DNA of 63,224 nt, filler included, from Folioceros fuciformis (taxonomy: Eukaryota): the NCBI GenBank assembly GCA_049999805.1. It is 35 parts of 35 records of this genome, joined end to end, with 100 filler letters (N's around TTAATTAATTAA, not from the genome) between each part and the next. Parts side by side here need not be neighbours in the genome. Positions count along the whole stretch, not along the records: positions 12,783 to 15,801 come from JBNGIO010007110.1; positions 15,902 to 17,134 come from JBNGIO010007111.1; positions 17,235 to 18,315 come from JBNGIO010007112.1; positions 18,416 to 21,054 come from JBNGIO010007113.1; positions 21,155 to 23,586 come from JBNGIO010007114.1; positions 23,687 to 24,771 come from JBNGIO010007115.1; 29 more parts are not named here. The stretch is one strand, 5' to 3'. Positions 12,935 to 24,771 of the stretch are shown in pieces (the stretch's first letter is position 1; each line of letters begins with the position of its first letter). The notes beneath the pieces are model-generated. The model did not search any database and was not told the DNA's origin. It was given only the letters and a program-made list of their open reading frames with translations. The translations under genes and the position numbers were made by a program.

Positions 12935-15725
12935 AACGAGAGGAGAGGAGAGGAGAGCAAAACAGAGCAGAGCAGAGCAGAGCACAAGAGAGCAGACTCT
13001 CATCAAGCAAGCAAAGCATCTTGGGCTCTTGGAGTGCCTGCCTGCTCTGCAGCATGGCGACAAACTTACCCGACCGTAATGTTGTTTTGTTACCTCTTTA
13101 TTTATTGGCGTCAATGATTGGGTGACGCGCACGGCTTGCAACCGTTCCGTCTTGCTCTCGCACTTCTCTTGCACCACACTCGCCACCCGGGCCCTGCCAC
13201 TGGCCGGCGTCTGCCCCACTTCCCCCATTGCTGCTCCCCCCGTTTTCCGTCCCACCGCTCTTCTCTTTCTTTGCATACACATCTTCCTCTCTCTCTATCT
13301 CTCTCTCTCTCTCTGCCCCCGAAGTTCATTTTTATTCAACTAAAATATAACATAAAGAAAGGTTTATTAGCTAGCAGCTGAACCGATGAAGAATATATCC
13401 CGGATATTTTCCGTTGAAACAAACTCCATGGTAAAGGACTGAAACACCCTGGCCTGGGCTTGCCTTGCCTTGCCTTGCCCTGTCTTGCCTTGCCCTGTCT
13501 TGCCTTGCCCTGTCTTGCCTTGCCTTGCCTTGAAGTTCGTATTGAATTGTTGTTAAGATGACGCCGTTAAAAATTAAACAAAAGGGAGCCTGTGACAAAC
13601 GCTCTACGTGGCCGCCGCCTGCTAGGCAGGAAGGGAGGGAGGGAGTACATACTTTGAATATGTCTCGCTCGCTCTACGAAGGAGATCTACGTGCACGCGT
13701 TACTGCCTACCCAGCCTATGTACTGTAATAGCTCCGCAAACTCAAATACATGTACATACATACAGTACCTGAAGGGGTTGTGTACCAGGTACGACGGATG
13801 GATGCAGTTAGGTAGTACTGTACATATCCTGGTACTGCAGTGCACATACACATAGACATGGTGTGGGTACAGGGGACGCCACACGGGCATTGTACACTAC
13901 TACATCACATTTGCTGCCCCCCCCCCGGCGTGCTCGAGTCACGTCCCGGGGAGTTTGGAGCCAGAATTCGAATTGGGAGTGCGAGTTTGAAAGGTTGGTG
14001 GATTCTGGCGTTGTGTCCTGGAGAAGGGTGTAATTACGGGGGAGGGGAACGGGTATGGGGATGGAGGGAGGGCACGAGACGATATGAGACCAGATGAGGG
14101 GAGGCGTATCAGAAGGATTTATTAAATGGTCCTTGGCCACGGATGTCGTGCGAGGAACGCCTGGGAGGAGCGGGGCCGCGGAACCACGCTCCGCAGGCCT
14201 GCTCAATGAATGTCTGCTCTGCAATTGGTCTCTGGAACCGGGACTGCGACTCTAGGGAGTGCTGCTCTGCTCAGCTCTGCTCTGCTCTGCGCGGCGAGCA
14301 TACCAGACTGCACTTGTCTTTCGACTTACTTGCTTTCCCTCCAAAACAATCGTCACTTCCGCCTCCTCTTGTCCACTCACAGCACTTCTGTTCTGCCCGA
14401 GGAGATAGCGATGGAGCGTGCTGCAGCGGCTACTGCGCACAGCAGTCGACAGTACCTGTAGTGGTGCAGTGCAGTGCAGTGCAATGTAGTGCAGAGAGAG
14501 CGCGGAGGAGAGGAGAGGAGACGAGCTCTGCACCCTTCTGCTGCACAGATTTGGAGTTGAAAAACTTGTACTGTGTCTAGAGATATGCACACAGGGAAGA
14601 AGTAGGCGCAGGCGGCATCCATGTCCCGCAGCCGTGCACGCAGCACTCTCTCATCAGACTGTAGCCTATAAGCTAAGGTGTGTGCTGCTGCATAGTACAA
14701 CGGTGCGTGCCAGGCTGCTGCTGCTAGGGTGTGGTCTGCTCTGTGCACTCCCTTTCCTTTTCCTTTCCTTTCCTTTCGCTTTGCTCCGCTGTGTATTTTG
14801 TTGCCTTGCTCTTTCCTTGCGTCCTGCTTTTTCCCGACTGACGGCCCCGCCTCCCGAGGACGGATCCGCGGACCGGGCCAAGGTCAGGCCACGGCACAGA
14901 ATGGCAAAGCAGGCAGCAACTCGAGGGATGGCGAGCTGTGAGCAAAGCACAACACAACAGAACACAACAGGGCAGAGCAAGCTGTCTGCTGCCTAGCGAA
15001 GGCGCGGAGCGGACCCCCACATGCCCCTTCATCACCCAGCACTCTGCACTCTCCAATTTCCCGGCCGGCCTGACGGACACAACCGTCCGGACTCCGCTTA
15101 CCACCATTTTTTTATTTCCACCTTTCGGAAAAAGGTAGACGGCCTCACCTCCTCCTCCCGGACCTGACACCGGTGACACGCCCTCCTACCCTACCCTACC
15201 CTACCCTACCCTACCCGCTATGCCTACGTTGAACGAACATGCGTACCACCGTGTAAGGCAACCGCTTTCTCAACAACCGTGCTGGCCTGGCCTGGCCGGC
15301 AACGGAGCGTGAAAGTGGAATGAATGAATGAATGACTGACTGACTGAATGAATGACGCAGCTGTGAAGCCGGGACCCGGGGATTGTTCAAATTCGACAAA
15401 CATGGCGCACGCACGCACGCACTCTGCCTCATCACTGCCCTTCCTTCCTTCACCGTTTCCCCGAGTAAACGTTTCCGCAAGACAGCCGCGCCAACCTTAC
15501 CGTCACCTGCGTGGAATGATGATCTTCACGCACAACATCACCTAGCACCTTGCTGCACGCTGCTTGCAGGTAGCAGCTACCAGAAGCAAGCGAGCAGAAG
15601 CAGCGGCAGCAGCAGAGAGAGAAAAGCTCTCCCTCTTCCTCGTCCTCTTCCTCTTCTCTGCTCTTCTCTGCTCTCTGCCTCACCCTGTCTCTGTTCCGGC
15701 TGCTCCTGCTGCTGCTGCTGCTGTC
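12935..15725. repeat. Microsatellite-rich GC-rich contig: (GAGGA)n, (GCAGA)n, (CTTGC)n, (GCAGT)n, (CCCTA)n, (GAAT)n, (GCT)n
   Basis: Simple repeats at about 12938-12985, 13455-13530, 14465-14492, 15185-15216, 15318-15352 and 15705-15724. No recognisable protein. Confidence 0.7.
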
Positions 15726-15907
15726 TCTGCCTCGCCACCTCCCTTTCCCCTCATATATTACGCAACTCCCCACCTTCCTTTCAAACCACCCATCAGCTCT
15801 TNNNNNNNNNNNNNNNNNNNNNNNNNNNNNNNNNNNNNNNNNNNNTTAATTAATTAANNNNNNNNNNNNNNNNNNNNNNNNNNNNNNNNNNNNNNNNNNN
15901 NCAATGT

Positions 15908-16025
15908 GCTTAGACTAATGTGATTAGTCTAATTAGACTAATGTGATTAGTCTAATTAAACTAGTGTCATAAGTTTAATTAGACTAATATGATTAGTCTA
16001 ATTAGACTAATGTAATTAGTCTAAG
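15908..16025. repeat. Tandem array of ~23-bp self-complementary units (TTAGACTAATGTGATTAGTCTAA)
   Basis: About five imperfect copies; each unit is an inverted repeat around a 3-nt centre. Confidence 0.8.
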
Positions 16026-16507
16026 ATTAGTGTTTAATTAAGTATCATTAGCTTAAGCTAATCTTTAGGAACCTTCCTGCATAGCTTCATTTGAGCTTTT
16101 TGTGAAGCTTCTTGTGAAGCTTCCTTGGGAGCTATTCTAGAGGGTATAAATACCCTCTTGAGCTCCCTTTGCAATAGAGTTGTGAGAGACACTGTGAGAC
16201 CTCTCTTTCTCCTCTCCTCCTCCCTTCTTCTCTGCTCTCCTTCACCATGCTCTTCTAATGATCCTTTCACTTATCCCACTGTCATTGAGACATTGGGTTT
16301 CGTTCCCACGAAGGAGCGATGGGGTTCCTAGCTGCTTTGGATGGAGGGTCAGACTCAACTGACTCAATGACAGATTCGAAGGCTTCCCTCCAGCTCCGAT
16401 CAGGCGTGCGACAGTCCTCAGTATCCAGCAGTCAACTGCACTTCTCTCGGTGCCCACAAACTCACTCCAGTCACTACAACGACCCTAGCTTCTCAAATCT
16501 GCGACTT

Positions 16508-16650
16508 TCCTCACTTCACTTCACTTCACGTCACTTCATCCTCACTTCACCCCCACTTCACCCTCACGTCACCTCACGTCACCCTCACGTCACCTCACGT
16601 CACCCTCACGTCACCTCACTCACTCACTCACGTCACCTCACTCACTCACA
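16508..16650. repeat. Low-complexity CAC(G/T)TCACC tandem repeat
   Basis: Repeated cacttcac, cacgtcaccct and cactcact units. Confidence 0.7.
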
Positions 16651-19225
16651 GAAATGACACCACTACCTTCTACACTTCCCTATGGACTCCCCCTACCCGG
16701 CACTAGACTAACCCCGAAGAAAAGCATGCCGCCACCCACGATCCTACAAGCTTGCCGGACACCATGCAAGCATACTGCTGTATCCAAGTAGGGACAGCCT
16801 AAGAGAGCTCGCAAAGCGACAACCTGCCTCCTACAGGCTCACCTTATCTTATAGGAGCCTCTCTCTCTCTGACTTCATCTCTCTCTAGTATGAGAAATAT
16901 TATTTTAATTGGACCACTATCCTAGCCGGCTATCACCACCCACTTATTTAGACTTTTCTAGCACATCCTGCCACCAATGACCTGGCCCTACAACCTGCTG
17001 ACCCTACCACCACAAGTATCTACCACCTCTCAAGCTACCCTGAGACCTTGAAGGATGCTTGATCTTCAAAGATCTGCGGATGTCGCCTCTTCCTTGTTGG
17101 ATGGTCGCCCGCTAAGTCTTCCTCTGCAACTGTTNNNNNNNNNNNNNNNNNNNNNNNNNNNNNNNNNNNNNNNNNNNNTTAATTAATTAANNNNNNNNNN
17201 NNNNNNNNNNNNNNNNNNNNNNNNNNNNNNNNNNGCCAAAATAGGTAGTTATAGGATTTCCGGGGCTTAAAACCATCATGAAATGAGAAAAAATAATGAA
17301 AAATAATACATAAAATAATAAATATCAAACCAAGTTAAAAAAGAAAATACAAAAAAAAAAAAACTTCTTACTCTCCTATATACATAAATATGTACATACT
17401 TCTCTCTTGGTCCTCCTTCACTTGCCTTCTCCCTCTTTCTCCCTTGCCTTCTCCTTCCTTCTCCTTGCTCCCTCTTGCTCTCTCCTTCCACCTTTGCTTG
17501 GGCCTCTTCGCTCCCTCCTCCTTCTCTTGCTTTAGGCCCATCCAAGTCCTGCATTGTGATTGGCCTTCTCTTGCTTTGGGCCTATCCAAGTCCCGCATTG
17601 TGATTGAATAAATTAGATATCAATATTATCCATGTTATTTTAAGCATAATATATATATCATTTTATTTATTTATAAAAATTTAAAAATAACATTTATAGA
17701 ATTGGACTATAGTGGTTGGGAGTGCCTATTTTCCTAAAACAAGTAACATATAACATGTATAGAAAAGTAACATTTAGCCTTACTCCCTAACTAGGAAGTA
17801 CCCAAACCTCTAATATTTATAGAGGTATAACATTTAGGGAGGTCACATTTATAGAGGGTTGACTGTATTGTGATATTCTTCTCCCGACCATCAGCAGTCA
17901 AGAACCTTCGCGATCGTGTAAGAAACGTGCGGGCCAGGCAAGCTCCAGACCGACCGACCAGCATTGGAATAGAATACGTCGGTGTTGCATCGTATTGGGA
18001 GCTACTTGTAGTGACATACCTGACATCTCTTGGTCGGTGCAGATCGAACACTAGTGACTGACCTGGTTTGTGCTGTGTTGAGCTCTATTTCCGTTTGTAT
18101 AGCTACCGTGGAAACTGGCAGTAACTCCAAAAGAAGATTTCAAGGAAATTCTCGTTGTTGAATCTTCACTTGCCTAATGCACAGGTTGATTTCAAGTAAG
18201 TTGTTCCTCTTGGGATTTACGCTTGGTGTTTTTCACCAACGCTTTCATGAAAGGAAGGCTATGGCATACCAAAGGGGACACGCCCTCTCTCTCTAGGATT
18301 TTTTACAAACACACCNNNNNNNNNNNNNNNNNNNNNNNNNNNNNNNNNNNNNNNNNNNNTTAATTAATTAANNNNNNNNNNNNNNNNNNNNNNNNNNNNN
18401 NNNNNNNNNNNNNNNGGAACCCGCTGCCCTACAGCACGCCAACCACGAGGACGCCCCTTCTCCGGACGAGGCATTCATCCAGCCGGAAAAAGGAGCCAAG
18501 AATTGTTCCAGGAAGTATGCCATTTAACGTATGTATCTAGGAATATTAAGACTAATTCAGGAATAATATAGTTATACTAGCATAAATAACAATAAGAAAC
18601 GAGAAAACAGAATAATTACATGTAAATCAATAACTACAAGAAGAGGCAGTTGCCTTTCTGTGAAGAAATATATACATCAATATAAAACGTTTTTCATTGA
18701 TGGAAACAAAAAAAAATCAATCTTGCTTTCAAAACAACTCAGTAGATCCTTCCACGCGCACCTCTTCAAGGTGAACTCAGGTTACCCTACTCCATTCCAT
18801 TGCCCTTTCTAGACTAGTCCTCATTCAACCCCTCCAAGCTGGCGAGAATTTCAAAATAATACATGCTCTAGTCCTACAACATGATCTAAGTATCTTCACA
18901 TCCCTGCACTGCCGCGTGAAGTTCCTCCTCAACATGTGAGGTTCGGAACTAGGAGACGCTGAGAAGGGGATCCTACCTTCGTTTCAAACCCTCCAGTTTT
19001 GGAGTGAGCATCTCACGTTAGCGCCAGATGCATCCATACACCATGCAATTAAAGAAAGCTGAGCTTGAACCTCTCACAAGGTTTGAACTACTGCTCAATT
19101 CGGACCAGGATCAGGAAGGACCAGATGGTGTGTCACTTGCCTTACAGAGAGCAACACCTCATGCACTTCCGAGTGTTCCCTTCGTGAATTGACGACCGAT
19201 AGGCGCCACAACTGTTGCAGGCTCA

Positions 19226-20480
19226 CTACGATGTCCCAAGGAACTCCTTAGAAAGGGGATGCGTTGCAAAGTAGAGGTCCTTGGCTTTAAGGGTCTCCAC
19301 CACCTGGCCATCTACTAGAATACAAACCTGGTCGGCCACCCGTTGTACCTGATCCAAGCTGTGTGAAACAATAACCACTGTAAGGCCCTTCTGCTTTCGG
19401 AGCTTCAAAATAGTGCTCTCTATGTTCAAAGTGGTCTTCGGATCCAAGGCACTGGTTGGCTCATCCAGAAGGAGCACCTGCGCAGAAAACGGTTTCCTCT
19501 ACGTTGAAGAGAGTCTGTTGTGTTTGGCAGAACCGTGGCTATTTCGGATCTGTTTGGTAACGAGGCTACAAAGTTGAAAAGAGCAAACAAAATAGTACCT
19601 CTGGATCATTCGCAAGGGTTCGAGCCAGTGCAACCCTTTGTGCTTGTCCCACAGACAGGCCGATGACTGATCTCTTTGCAAATTCAGGATCTAGATCGGC
19701 CTGAGCTAGGAGAGCTGCAATTTCAGATTCCCGAAGCTTCTTTCCCATGAGACTTGGCCCCATAGCAACGTTGTCTGCAACCGTCCCTGCAAGAATCCAA
19801 AGATCACTGGTTAGACTATGTGTTTGCATATAGACGGCTCCTCCAAATGACCTTCATGTTCATTGTAAACTGCTTTCCCTATAGCAGGCCCCAGATAACA
19901 GGGAAACAACTAGTATCCCTGCAAATGTCACCGAAGTGTTTCTCACTCAACCGCACTAATGCAGCTAGCACACAGAACAAGGTGCATGAGCCCAGCTTGT
20001 TTTTCAAACATTGCTCTCTCTGTCAAAATCCACGATGGCAAAATATCTTATTGGGATGCGGAATAGGCAGGAGAAGCATGCGGTTGTAGAAGCCATCAAA
20101 AACCAGGTGTGCATGACGCAATATGAGCTAGTGAGACTTGAACCAACCTTCAAACATAGCCGGGGTTTGGAATAACATTCCAACACGTCGCCTGATGCTC
20201 GTCACATCAACATTGGTCACGTCTACTCCATCAAGAAACACGGAACCGGTTGAAGGTTCCCACAGCCGATTCAATGCCCTCAACAGCGTGGATTTGCCAC
20301 TCCCGCTGGGCCCAACGATAGCGACAACTTGGCCGACACCAATGTCCAGGGATACATTTCGCAGTATTGGCGTGTCAGCAATACTCCACTTTCCCAGACC
20401 AGTGACGCGAATCTTTGATTCACTACGCTTGCCATCGTCCACTGCCACTGATATGAGGGATTCCCTTGCACTTTCCTCCC
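19226..20480 (-). CDS. STAR1: ABC transporter I family ATP-binding subunit, STAR1/ABCI17 (NAP3)-like; exons 20480-20148, 19786-19599, 19477-19226; short first exon not located
   Basis: Walker A GPSGSGKST, family motifs LRALNRLWEP and RRVGMLFQ, signature LSVGQAQRVALARTLAN, Walker B LLLDEPTSALD, H-loop VSH. GT-AG introns keep the frame. Confidence 0.9.
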
Positions 20481-21154
20481 CTGCAAGCAAGCCAAGAGCT
20501 TGATTACTTACCACGACCACGCAGCTTAAACGCACGTTCCAGCCCCTTACTTTTGAGCAATCATGATAGCACCGAGAAAACCGGAGCCCCATAGCGACAT
20601 AATCAACCAACACTACTTTTTATCGGCTCAGCATTGAATGTGGCCTCTACGTGGAATCCCTGCATCAAAAGGACGTGTCTCATTGCATCCAGAAATTCCG
20701 CTGCTTGTCCTGAGGAGCAGAATCTAGCACTAACGAACTGGTCGCACCAAAACATCCTGTTCCTCAGCAAATCGGACCCAACTAACTTGTCCCTCTCTCA
20801 TTCAATCCATGCTCAAAAGTCCTCATATTAATGACAACGACGCTCATTCATCACTTGGATCCGTCATCTAACCGTCAGCACCGAGCAAAAAACATTCAAC
20901 TCAACCTGATCCTTCCCCCTGTCTCCTCCCTGCGATGACCTACAGACAGATAAGCTCTCAAAATCCAAGAACGCAAAGCAGTTACGCAGCTTCCTACGAT
21001 GCAGATGCACAACAACAAAGTCCTGAACTGTCAAACCCGATTCCTACCTACCGCNNNNNNNNNNNNNNNNNNNNNNNNNNNNNNNNNNNNNNNNNNNNTT
21101 AATTAATTAANNNNNNNNNNNNNNNNNNNNNNNNNNNNNNNNNNNNNNNNNNNN

Positions 21155-23586
21155 TGCACCCTGATTTTCGCTCACATAATTGAACATGCTAAGTCGGAGC
21201 TGCTCTGCCTCATCCAGTGTCGTTTGCACCTGCGCAGCATCCATCACCAAGTTATAACCAACTATGACAGGATACGATACAACGACATGACGCCTTGTCT
21301 CCAGCACCAAGTTCCTCTTAGCTTGGGTGATATAATTGAGGAGCCGGCTTGTGAAATCACTCACCCTCATGGACTCCAGATCTAGTCTTTCTTGAAGCCT
21401 CCGAGCCAAAGCCTCATCGTTTTTCATAATGTCTGCTGATGTCAGGCCCGGAGCAGGAGGGCCCTTTGTTGCCTGCCACTCATCCCAGGTAAGAACAGCG
21501 TCCCCCTCCTCCTCCTCCCTTCGTCTACCACGGCGTCCACCCCTTTCCCTCCCTCTCCCGTTGGCTGCTTCTGCTCCGCCTCGGCCACTTCCTCCACGAG
21601 AGCGGGGGGCCCTGTCATCTTCGCTCTTTCTGTCAAGAAGCTTTTGAGCAGCTGCACGATTCTGAACAGGAGCTGCCTCTTGACCAGGAAGCATTAACTT
21701 TTTCACTGTATTGGCCCTCTCACTCCCGTCATTCAGTGCTTCTTTCTTCGGGCTCAAAGGTCTCCGTCCTACCATTTCATCTTCGGATTTTCGGTCGAAG
21801 AGTTGCTTGGCAGCTGCACGACTTGGCACAGGAGCCATCTCCGGGTCTGCAGCTACTGCATTCTTCACGGGGCTGCTCCTCCCATTGGTTACATTCGGCT
21901 TCGGGCTTGCGGGTCTTCTTCCTGTCACGCCATTTGGAAGTTGTCTCAGAAAGTGGTTGTTGCAAAGCGAGGACAGGTCAGAAGAGAATAGAAGCGGGCA
22001 AACAAACCTGGCAAACCAGGAGCGGCAAACAAGGCAACCGGATGAGCAGCATCGTGAACTTGCACGGCAGGCACTGCATTCTTGACAGGAGGCAAGTTGT
22101 TAGAGTCTGGAACAGGTGCGTCAGCGGCCACCTGAGCAGCCCTCGGTCTGTATGGTTCTGATCCAGGCTTCACACGTCCTGTCACTCTTTGGACAAGTGG
22201 TGGTCTCGGTGGCTCCACTTCCTTCATCCTTGACGGCAGAGGAAGTGGCTGATCAACCCCCCTGATTCTACTCACAGAGTCCGGCGAGGCTTGATCATCA
22301 TCCATTGAACGAGGAGCTGCACACAACGATGTGAGCCCATGTCATCACCGGAGCTTCCTCACATCATGTCTGCCTTGAGCCGATGATCACAACAGAAGAA
22401 ACAACAATCACACGCACTGGGAGTTGCCTCCAGGGAAGCCGCTGCACTGCTTCGGAGACCACGAACAGGATGTGGCTGATCCATCCCCTTGGTTCTACCC
22501 ACAGAGTCCAGCGAGACCTGCTCATCCGTCAGCGAGCGAGGAGCTGCACACACCATGACCTTTTGTCAACACTGCAGCTCGTTCACATAACACCTGCCTC
22601 CCGCGAACAATCACAACCAAAATCAAATAATAACGCTCACTGGGAGTTGCCTCTAGAGATGCCCCTCGACCACTCCGGACACCACGAAAGGGAGGAGGCC
22701 CAGAGACACCATCCGGCAGCCCCTTAGCGGCTGCTGCTGACCGTGCTAGCCCGGAGTATTTACGGTCTATCTCCCATGCCTCTTCAAGAGCCTTGACATG
22801 GCCTCCTAAAATACGAATAGATTGCGCATCCAGCATCAATATTCCACTATGCAATGTAATGTTGCCTCGCAAAAGAACCTACAAGAGTTCCCAAGACTGT
22901 AATTAAGGGCCACCAAGCAGCAGACCTGCCACGACCCCAGCTCCACACGCGAGATTGCTGCCCTTCTCTACACACACATCACGCAGCTCCAACTTGGAGG
23001 TGCACTTGAACCCAGGACAAACAGGAAGGAAAAACGTGATCCCAGCAGTCGCTATACCTTAGTACCAGGAGCAATATCCTCTGAGAGGGACGGAATGGGT
23101 TGATGTTCGATGGCAGTGACATTGGAATGCCCATCGGTGAGCCGGATGCGCAAAAGCCGGTTATTACAGTGGCCCGCCAGACAGGCCTTCCGGCTGCTCT
23201 CCGCCACATTGCTGATGGCAAGAACCTGCGTTCAAAACCAACAAGACGCATCAGGTCTCACCATCACCCCCCAGACACAACCATGGCGCCCAACAACACG
23301 CAAGAAGCACAGCAAATGAACAGAGCCCAAGCAACCAACCTGCAAAACAATAGGACCCCGCAGCTTGCCCAGTTGCTGCAGCGTGCGGGCATCGGGCAGC
23401 GACGGCGCCCCGACCCTCCTCAGATCCGTGTCCAGCAGCTCTGCCCGGATGCTCGCCTCCACATCCTCCTTCTCCACAACCTTGGAGGGCACCATCTCCG
23501 TCTCCTGCATGTCCTGCCACGTCCGCTCCAGCGCTTGCGGCTGCAAGTGCCAGCCCTCTGCCTCCAAACCCCATACCATCTGCTCC
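21155..23586 (-). CDS. TDRD3/RMI1 N-terminal OB-fold (DUF1767) protein, multi-exon, truncated at both contig ends
   Basis: ELLDTDLRRVGAPSLP...LRGPIVLQ; RLLRIRLTDGHSNVTAIEHQPIPSLSEDIAPGTK (about 23060-23165); RGNITLHSGILMLDAQSIRILGGHVKALEEAW; GPPPF; C-terminal RG-rich stretch and DEALARRLQ. Confidence 0.82.
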
Positions 23587-23686
23587 NNNNNNNNNNNNNN
23601 NNNNNNNNNNNNNNNNNNNNNNNNNNNNNNTTAATTAATTAANNNNNNNNNNNNNNNNNNNNNNNNNNNNNNNNNNNNNNNNNNNN

Positions 23687-24771
23687 AAATCGAGGAGTGC
23701 GCAGGGGGCGCGGACCTCAGAGAACAGTGACAAGGAGTTCTCGGAAAGGAGTTTGTTTTGCTTGTGGAGAGCCGGGACATTACGCGAATGAATGCCCCAA
23801 TACTCAACAAACTTTGAATGTTGTTCAAGACAACCCACAGCCCCAAAGACTCAGGATTACAAAAGTATCCGGATCTGAAAATCCCAAATGACGGGATTGG
23901 CCACATGTTGCACAGGCTACATGTGGTGAGTCTCAAGATGCTGAGGACAGCATTATTCACAGGGCAGGTGGAGAGCTCATGTATATAGAAGGATGTGTGA
24001 ATCGTGAAGAAGCGAAGATGTTGCTTGATCTAGCAGCAACACATAATTTTATTTCTCCTGGCAGAGCAAGTAAGCTTGGTTTGACATGGGCTAGTATTTC
24101 AGAGCCATGTACAGTGAAACAAGCAAAAGGAAAGCTGCAGTTCTTAGGACAGCTAGAAAAAGTTCCTTTGCAGATAGGCAATTGGATAGGACAAGCAAGC
24201 TTCACAGTTGTAGATATGGATGATCATGAAATCATCTTGGGCTTAGAATGGATGAAGGCCAATAAGGTGTGTGTAGATGTGGACTCACGCACCATACAGA
24301 TCGTAGGAGATGAAAAGCACAAAGTGAGTTGTGTAGTTCTTGAGCATCAGCTTGGGCACAAGATTGATGAAGTCATCTCTAACAAAGAGCTCAAGCGTTG
24401 TGTCAAAAATGAAGAGGAACTCTATTTGTTGGTGTTGCAAGGACTAGTAGATGGTCTTGAGATGGAATCTCAGAAGCAACCAAAGATTCCAAAGGAGATA
24501 CAGGATGTCTTAGACGACTTTAAAGACTTAATGCCTACTGAGTTACCTCCTTTACCTCAACGGAGAGTTGTAGATCATGAAATTGATCTAAAGCCAAGAA
24601 GTGTACCGCCATCAAGAGCGCCATATAGATTGTCGCTAGATGAGCTTCAAGAATTGAAGAGACAAATGTCTAACTTATTAGCCAAGGGCTATGTTAGAGT
24701 CTCAAAATCCCCATTTGGTGCGCCAGTATTGTTTACGCGAAAGAAGAATGGAGGATTAAGGTTATGCTTGG
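23687..24771 (+). mobile_element. Ty3/gypsy (chromovirus-like) gag-pol fragment: zinc knuckle, aspartic protease, start of RT
   Basis: CFACGEPGHYANEC (CCHC knuckle); LLDLAATHNFIS...IILGLEWM (protease); DHEIDL...RAPYRLS...SKSPFGAPVLFTRKKNGGLRLC (RT start). Confidence 0.93.

Noticed and set aside
14586-14660. miR408-like precursor (ACAGGGAAGA...)
   Set aside because: No convincing mature-sequence match or complementary arm.
23883-23889. CCCAAAT as a -1 frameshift slippery site
   Set aside because: It is in the wrong phase relative to gag, and gag and pol already share a frame.
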